The notes below the pieces were generated by a model. It saw nothing but the letters and a program-made list of their open reading frames with translations, made no database searches and was not told the DNA's origin. From an uncultured virus (IMG/VR IMGVR_UViG_3300021389_000006) (lineage: Duplodnaviria; Heunggongvirae; Uroviricota; Caudoviricetes): a stretch of 64,000 nucleotides of DNA. Of the stretch, positions 58,728 to 64,000 are shown in pieces (positions within the stretch are counted from its first letter, which is position 1; the number at the start of each line of letters is the position of its first letter). The stretch lies in the IMG/VR virus record IMGVR_UViG_3300021389_000006; one strand, 5' to 3'. A program made the translations under genes and the position numbers.

Positions 58728-59981
58728 ATGAAAAATTACTTAGTATGGCTGGTTTTTATTTTTCTATTACCCACTAATTCTTATAGTCAACTTATATCTG
58801 ATCCATTATCAGATAAAGAAACTAAGAAACTTAGACAAGGTTTTCAGAGCAAACAATTTTTTAAAGGTCTGTATAATGACTTTTTGAAATATGGAACTGT
58901 TTATGCAGCTGGTGATATAAACAATTCAGTAGAAGCTGATGAGCCAACTTATTTTGTTAGAACTAATCCCAATGGTTCTTTATATTCTATTCCTGAAGTA
59001 ATAGATGTTACTGAAAAATTTCCTTTTGATTATAGATATGGTTTTGGTATACGTAAACTTGCAAGGTTTGGTTATGAAAGAAAACCTAGAAACTACTATG
59101 ATGGTACAGAAGATCAATTAGCTTTTTCTGCACCAACCTCTGCTCTTAAGGGTTTAGAATATCAATTTCATTTTGAGAGAGAAAGATGGAGAGGTGAGTT
59201 ATTTCAAAATCATAGATTCTTTTTAAAGCATACAGGTAAATATAATATAGTTAAGATTGAGTCAAGAGAAGTAGGCAAAATTAACTTAGCTTACCAATCT
59301 GCTGAAGCAAGATTGAGGTTGCCTATAGGCAAAAAAGATAAGTTTAGTGTATCAGCTGGTGTAATCTACCGTACTCATGAGCGTGCATATGGTTATAATC
59401 CAATTGAAATATGGTTGAATGAGCAAGATGAGGATGGCTTTGCAGTAAACCCATGGTACACTTTAGGCTTTGAATATGGTTATGATGACATCTACTTTAA
59501 TGAGACTGATGAGAATGGCAATGAAGTATCTGACTGGTATTGGATAGATCCTGATGGTAATAGAGTAGCAGATACAGACTTAGAGTTTAGAGAAACAATC
59601 TTTAGAGATTTAATGCAAAGATTTAATAGAGAAGCATGGGACTTGTTAGATCCTTTTGGTGAGATTGCACCAATTGTAGGAATGGATTTTTACCATTATA
59701 AGAGTAATTTTTGGATACATGCGTATGCAAATTATATATTACCTTATCATAAATATATAAAAGGAGATGAAGAAGTATCTTATTTAAACAGAAACAACTG
59801 GGGTAAAGGTGGTCTTATGCAAGACTCAGAACTAGAGCAGTGGAGTGATTATTCTTTTGGTACAAACTTTGGCTGGAAGATCAATAAGAACCTAGGTGTA
59901 TTTATAGAAGGAGAATATGCAAAGATGTGGGATAGTGAATTATTCAATACATCTTTTGGACTTAATTATACAATTAAATAA
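58728..59981 (+). CDS. Putative outer-membrane beta-barrel protein
   Basis: Sec signal peptide MKNYLVWLVFIFLLPTNSYS, aromatic-rich alternating strands, and C-terminal FGTNFGWKINKNLGVFIEGEY...FNTSFGLNYTIK resembling a BAM-type terminal strand. Confidence 0.7.
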   Translation: MKNYLVWLVFIFLLPTNSYSQLISDPLSDKETKKLRQGFQSKQFFKGLYNDFLKYGTVYAAGDINNSVEADEPTYFVRTNPNGSLYSIPEVIDVTEKFPFDYRYGFGIRKLARFGYERKPRNYYDGTEDQLAFSAPTSALKGLEYQFHFERERWRGELFQNHRFFLKHTGKYNIVKIESREVGKINLAYQSAEARLRLPIGKKDKFSVSAGVIYRTHERAYGYNPIEIWLNEQDEDGFAVNPWYTLGFEYGYDDIYFNETDENGNEVSDWYWIDPDGNRVADTDLEFRETIFRDLMQRFNREAWDLLDPFGEIAPIVGMDFYHYKSNFWIHAYANYILPYHKYIKGDEEVSYLNRNNWGKGGLMQDSELEQWSDYSFGTNFGWKINKNLGVFIEGEYAKMWDSELFNTSFGLNYTIK

Positions 59982-59990
59982 AAGTAAAAA

Positions 59991-60278
59991 ATGAAAGGAG
60001 CACCTCAAATAGGAGAAGATACTAAAGTAACTTTAGATTTTAAAACAATTGGAATGATAGTAGGATTTGTAATCTCCCTATCAACTATGTGGTTTACACT
60101 TAAAGCAGACATAGCTTTAGCAATGGAAAGACCAGAACCTACAATAGAACGAGTTGAGTATGATTTAAAAGATGAATTAGTAAGACAAACTATAATGGAT
60201 ACGCAAGAGGATGTAGATCTTATTCTAAGCAAATTAGAAAAGCTAGAAGAAAGAGTTTACGAATTGAGCAAAAAATAA
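59991..60278 (+). CDS. Single-TM membrane protein with C-terminal coiled coil
   Basis: TM segment TIGMIVGFVISLSTMWFTL; heptad-like C-terminus VDLILSKLEKLEERVYEL. Confidence 0.65.
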   Translation: MKGAPQIGEDTKVTLDFKTIGMIVGFVISLSTMWFTLKADIALAMERPEPTIERVEYDLKDELVRQTIMDTQEDVDLILSKLEKLEERVYELSKK

Positions 60279-60282
60279 TATT

Positions 60283-60699
60283 ATGAAAAGAATCTTATTG
60301 TTCATTGTAGCACTGTTTATTACAACAACGATACAAGGCCAAGAGTGGCTAAGTGATGATAGTTTTGAAGATGCTATTAGTGGTCAATCAGGTTTTGATG
60401 ATGATGATAACATTGTTGTTGTAGAATTTTGGGCTGAGTTTAATAAAGACAATGCTTTTTTAGAGTGGGAGAGAGTTGCAAAAATTGATGGTGTAAGATA
60501 TTACAGAGCCAACATAGCAGTTTGTCCTGAGCTAAAAGATAAGTTTAGAATTAGAATGGTCCCTACCATACTTATATTTGCTGGAGGGGACGCATTCATA
60601 AAATTCAAAGCTAAGGCAGGACTTGATCTTGTTTGTCCTGTTGATTATCCTAAACTAGTTAGGGCTATAGAAGTAGTTAAGGAAGAAGCAAGCTTCTAA
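60283..60699 (+). CDS. Exported thioredoxin-fold protein lacking CxxC
   Basis: Signal peptide MKRILLFIVALFITTTIQG; VVVEFWAEFN replaces the WCxxC site; the FRIRMVPTILIF cis-Pro motif is retained. Confidence 0.7.
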   Translation: MKRILLFIVALFITTTIQGQEWLSDDSFEDAISGQSGFDDDDNIVVVEFWAEFNKDNAFLEWERVAKIDGVRYYRANIAVCPELKDKFRIRMVPTILIFAGGDAFIKFKAKAGLDLVCPVDYPKLVRAIEVVKEEASF

Positions 60700-62321
60700 C
60701 CTTCACAACTTGAACACTCTAATATATTTCTTGCAAAGTCTTGAGCACTACTCTTGCTAAATTGATAGTATAAAGTTTTAACTCCTTCTTCCCAAGCATA
60801 TAAATACAATTGATTAATTTGTTTAGCAGAAACTGATGGGTCAATCATTAAGTTTAATGACTGTGACTGATCAATATACTTCTGTCTTTGTGCTGCTTGC
60901 AACACAATCTCCTTTGGGGAGATCTCAACAAAAGATTTAAACACAGCTTTAGTTGGAAAGTCAAGGTGTTGTACACTACCATCTTTGCTTAATATAGACT
61001 TCCAAGTTTTATCCGTATTTAATCCGTACTTTTCTAACTCACATTCTAAGAACGGGTTTTTATAGACTGTCTTAGACTTAGCAAGATCCTTAATAAAGTA
61101 ATTAGACTTGATAGGTTCAATACCCATAGACACAGCACCATGTATAAAACTACTAGACTTAGTAGGAGCAATGGCCATAAGAGTGGTATTAGCATAACCT
61201 TCCCTTAGACTGCTGTAACCCCAATCAGTGTGTAACTTTCTAGAGGCTATTTCACTTCTATCTTTAATGGTTCTGAAGATCTCACTGTTTAAACCTTTAG
61301 CTTGTAGTGAGTCAAACTCTATAAGCTTTGATTGAAATAAACTGTGGTATCCAAGAACACCTAAACCAATGGCTCTGTGTTTCTCAGCAAAGTTATATGC
61401 TCTCTTCATTCCAGGCATGGTTTCAGCTTTTATAATAAACTCATCCATTACAGCATTTAGAAAATAAACATATGTTTGTATAGCATCTGTTTCTTTAATC
61501 TCATCCCAGTGCAAAACATTTATAGACCCTAAGCAACAAACAAAAGAATTGTAGCTATCTGTTGGTAATTGGATCTCTGAGCAAAGATTAGATGCAGTTA
61601 TTTCTAAACCTATGTCTTTATATGGTGTATTCTTATTGCTGGTATCTTTAAACATGATATAAGGAAAACCAAACTCAGATCTACGTTGTATAATTTTAGC
61701 CCATATCTTACGTTTCTTTCTATCACCACCTTTCATTTCTTGCATCCATTCATCACCCACGGTTACTCCATACTGTAAATTTTGTATTGGGTTTCCCTCA
61801 GTACCAATATCCAAGAACTCTTCAATATCCGGATGCTCAACAGGTAAGTATACTGCACATGCACCACGTCTAGCTTCAGATTGTTTGCATACATCAACAA
61901 CAGTATCATACATTCTAGCATAGTGTATAGGCCCATCAGCATGACCACCTGTAGATATTACACTACCTCTTGGTCTTATGTTACCTAAGTAAGCACTGGT
62001 TCCTCCACCATATTTAGACATCATACCTATCTCACGTCCTGCATTAAGTATACTATCTAGATTGTCATCAATGTTAGAACCATAGCAACTAATTGGTAAT
62101 CCTTTTTGTTTTCCAAAGTTTATCCATACAGGAGTAGACAGAGAGTAAAACCCTCTTGCCATGTAATCCTCAAACTTTTCAGCAAAGCCTTTTATGTTTA
62201 AATACTTTTCAGCTTTAATAGCTATGTCTTTTATTCTTTGCTCTGGTGTTTCTGTTATATATCCTCTTGATAAAAATGTGCGGCTGTCATCATTAAGCCA
62301 ATAATATTTTTTATATTCCAT
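60696..62321 (-). CDS. nrdA: Ribonucleotide reductase class I alpha subunit (no ATP cone)
   Basis: Motifs PISCY, SNLCSEI, CCLGSIN, AIAPTKSSS, KTLYY and the C-terminal CSSCEG. Confidence 0.95.
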   Translation of the reverse strand: MEYKKYYWLNDDSRTFLSRGYITETPEQRIKDIAIKAEKYLNIKGFAEKFEDYMARGFYSLSTPVWINFGKQKGLPISCYGSNIDDNLDSILNAGREIGMMSKYGGGTSAYLGNIRPRGSVISTGGHADGPIHYARMYDTVVDVCKQSEARRGACAVYLPVEHPDIEEFLDIGTEGNPIQNLQYGVTVGDEWMQEMKGGDRKKRKIWAKIIQRRSEFGFPYIMFKDTSNKNTPYKDIGLEITASNLCSEIQLPTDSYNSFVCCLGSINVLHWDEIKETDAIQTYVYFLNAVMDEFIIKAETMPGMKRAYNFAEKHRAIGLGVLGYHSLFQSKLIEFDSLQAKGLNSEIFRTIKDRSEIASRKLHTDWGYSSLREGYANTTLMAIAPTKSSSFIHGAVSMGIEPIKSNYFIKDLAKSKTVYKNPFLECELEKYGLNTDKTWKSILSKDGSVQHLDFPTKAVFKSFVEISPKEIVLQAAQRQKYIDQSQSLNLMIDPSVSAKQINQLYLYAWEEGVKTLYYQFSKSSAQDFARNILECSSCEG

Positions 62322-62332
62322 GTTGGTTTGGT

Positions 62333-63310
62333 TTAAAAGAGATCATCTAAAGTGATACTCTTACTTTTTTTATTATAATCTATGCTTTTCTTGTAAAAGA
62401 AGTCTCCCTCTTTGGTTCCAGTGATTTCTATATCAAACCACTCTACTGACTTTAGCAAGTCTTTATCTACATCAAAGATTGGTTTCATACCTATCTTTTC
62501 TAATGAGTTATTGAATCTGTTTTTAATAAAGTGACGTATAGTTTTCTTAGATAAAAATTCTAGTTCACCTTTTTCAAATATCCAATCTAGTATTCCACAC
62601 TCAGCTAAATAAGCTTTCTTGCAAGCTGAATCAATTAGATCTTCAAACTCTGCATCAAACCACTCAGGGTTTTCATTCTTTATGATATTTATAATTTCAG
62701 CACCAAAGTTACCGTGTATCTCTTCTTCTTTACTAGTAGCCTCAACAACATTAGATATACCTTTAAGTACATTTTTATCTTTGTTAAAGCTCATCATAAT
62801 TAAGAACTGACTAAATAAACTTACGTGCTCTATAAATAAAGAGAACAGTAAGACAGACTTAGTATACATCTTGTTGTCTCTAGATCTAGTGCCATCTAAG
62901 TACTTCTTTAAGTATTTGATTCTGTTAGCTATAGCAGGCTCTTCAACTACATTTTTAAATTCATCTTCTAATCCAAGAATTCTTAATAGTCTTGCATAAG
63001 CATCTTTGTGTCTTACTTCAGACTCTGCAAATGTAAATCCTACATCACCTATTTCTGTAATAGGCATACGTTTATATAGATCTCCCCAAAAAGTTTTTAC
63101 ATTAACTTCTATCTGTGCAATAGCTAACATGGTCTTTTTGATAACATCTTTTTCCTTTGAGTTAATATTGATCTTAAAATCTTGTATGTCCTCTGTGAAA
63201 TTAAATTCTGTATCTATCCAATAAGAATGTCTTATTGCATCTTTATATTCTAATAATTGTGGGTATTCATAAGGTAGGATATTCACTCTGGGTTTAAAGA
63301 TGTCTTTCAT
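62333..63310 (-). CDS. nrdB: Ribonucleotide reductase class I beta subunit, class Id-like
   Basis: Ferritin-like ligands E68, E98/H101, FIE and EEEIH; Y105 retained; K72 present. Confidence 0.93.
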   Translation of the reverse strand: MKDIFKPRVNILPYEYPQLLEYKDAIRHSYWIDTEFNFTEDIQDFKININSKEKDVIKKTMLAIAQIEVNVKTFWGDLYKRMPITEIGDVGFTFAESEVRHKDAYARLLRILGLEDEFKNVVEEPAIANRIKYLKKYLDGTRSRDNKMYTKSVLLFSLFIEHVSLFSQFLIMMSFNKDKNVLKGISNVVEATSKEEEIHGNFGAEIINIIKNENPEWFDAEFEDLIDSACKKAYLAECGILDWIFEKGELEFLSKKTIRHFIKNRFNNSLEKIGMKPIFDVDKDLLKSVEWFDIEITGTKEGDFFYKKSIDYNKKSKSITLDDLF

Positions 63311-63330
63311 AATGATAATTTATAAGGGTT

Positions 63331-63366
63331 AAAAAAGCTGCACATCCACTGAAGAGTTGTGCAGCT
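63331..63366 (-). terminator. Terminator-like hairpin in the nrdB leader
   Basis: AGCTGCACA (63336-63344) / TGTGCAGCT (63358-63366) is a perfect 9-bp stem, followed on the - strand by a T run that ends 20 nt before the nrdB ATG. Confidence 0.6.
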
Positions 63367-63410
63367 ACTTGGTATATATAATGTAAGAAATTTTGGTTAG
63401 ACAAAAAAGT

Positions 63411-63599
63411 CTATCCTAGTAATTTTACATAAGTGATTGTAAAAAATATAAATCCTAATTCAAGGCCACCCATTTGACGGTATTCATCATCACTGCAAAG
63501 TACTTCACAGTTGATTACTCTGATGCCAAATAGAGTTTCTGTAGGCAATAATTCAAGGCTTATTTTATGCTTGAAATTAAGATGATCTATTTTATTCAT
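63411..63599 (-). CDS. Small hypothetical protein
   Basis: 62-aa ORF with a TAAACCAAA leader and a hydrophobic C-terminus. Confidence 0.5.
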   Translation of the reverse strand: MNKIDHLNFKHKISLELLPTETLFGIRVINCEVLCSDDEYRQMGGLELGFIFFTITYVKLLG

Positions 63600-63642
63600 A
63601 TGATATATGTTTGGTTTAAATGTTTAATTTAGTGCTTAAAAT

Positions 63643-63653
63643 TTTGTATATTA
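63643..63653 (+). promoter_or_regulatory. TTTGTATATTA candidate phage promoter motif
   Basis: Exact motif in the divergent intergenic region. Confidence 0.55.
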
Positions 63654-63729
63654 TATACATAACTTCACTATAGCAGCTTTACAAAGATAACATTTATATG
63701 TATCAATGAGTTGGTTAAGTGATACAAAA

Positions 63730-63740
63730 TTTGTATATTA
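63730..63740 (+). promoter_or_regulatory. TTTGTATATTA candidate phage promoter motif
   Basis: Exact motif ending 30 nt upstream of the ATG at 63770; overlaps the ATACAAA-a-TTTGTAT inverted repeat. Confidence 0.6.
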
Positions 63741-63769
63741 TTTATATAGTGTAAAAAAATAACGTTATT

Positions 63770-64000
63770 ATGTTTAAAAAATTTCTAAATGTACTCTGGA
63801 CTTACAGTCCACAAGATTATTGGAAAGGGCTGTGGTCTAAAACTACTATTGATGAAAAAGCTGAAAAGACTTTAGTAGAGATAGTTAAGAGATATAAACT
63901 AACTGCTACTGAGTTAGCTGATGTTGGTAGAGCAATTAAAGAAGTTGGTAATCAACTTGGTGACGTTGGTGGTGCTGTTAAAGGTAAAGCTAGAAAAGGC
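63770..64000 (+). CDS. Hypothetical protein, 3'-truncated by window edge
   Basis: Open frame from the ATG at 63770: MFKKFLNVLWTYSPQDYWKGLWSKTTIDEKAEK...GKARKG (77 codons, no stop). Not in the supplied ORF track. Confidence 0.65.
   Translation, partial: MFKKFLNVLWTYSPQDYWKGLWSKTTIDEKAEKTLVEIVKRYKLTATELADVGRAIKEVGNQLGDVGGAVKGKARKG

Noticed and set aside
59991..60278. Holin call for the single-TM protein
   Set aside because: No adjacent endolysin and no recognisable holin family features, so it is left as a membrane protein of unknown function.
60283..60699. Thioredoxin acting as electron donor for the adjacent RNR
   Set aside because: It lacks the CxxC motif, has a signal peptide and is on the opposite strand; the adjacency appears coincidental.
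39070..63310. Inteins or self-splicing introns in RNAP or nrdA/nrdB
   Set aside because: No C...HN-C/S/T intein ends or LAGLIDADG/HNH motifs were recognised; nrdA and nrdB are compact and uninterrupted.
1..64000. Stop-codon reassignment (TAG/TGA recoding known in some crAss-like phages)
   Set aside because: Very long ORFs are intact in the standard code, coding density is near complete, and TAG terminates genes at sensible ends (918-aa fibre, nrdA).
1..64000. CRISPR array, tRNA or rRNA genes
   Set aside because: Intergenic gaps are short (under about 170 nt). I saw no regularly spaced direct repeats and no cloverleaf or T-loop (GTTCRA) structure in them.

Overview
An AT-rich, densely coding segment of a crAss-like (Crassvirales-type) podophage genome, most likely a marine or aquatic Bacteroidota/Flavobacteriia phage. 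The host is inferred from A-rich leaders without Shine-Dalgarno sites, TAnnTTTG-like boxes and a Flavobacterium-type RNR. On the + strand (1-60.7 kb) it runs: the 3' end of the major capsid protein gene; capsid/ring/hub genes; tail-fibre and Cys-rich FN3/vWA proteins; a metallophosphoesterase; an HU/IHF-like gene; two tail ring proteins; a 2118-aa tail stabilisation/muzzle protein with an inserted vWA domain; six giant putative ejected (cargo) proteins; and a three-gene envelope cassette (beta-barrel OMP, TM protein, CxxC-less thioredoxin fold). The cargo proteins include a 4576-aa virion RNA polymerase (DFDID motif plus zincin HExxH) and a 1938-aa protein with a PD-(D/E)XK nuclease. The - strand carries nrdB-nrdA with class Id (dimanganese) signatures. 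The most striking item is the 1717-aa cargo protein, which reads as a string of modules: three ADP-ribosyltransferase-like domains, a pre-toxin-like segment, two lysozyme/SLT-like domains, two peptidoglycan-binding domains and a CHAP-like amidase. The modules are separated by a recurrent GG / PKAQxG linker that also punctuates the next two cargo proteins. A recurrent intergenic TTTGTATATTA motif (candidate phage promoter) and an AAACCAA leader motif with an antisense copy in a hairpin loop were also seen. All family assignments come from motif recognition and gene order, not database searches.
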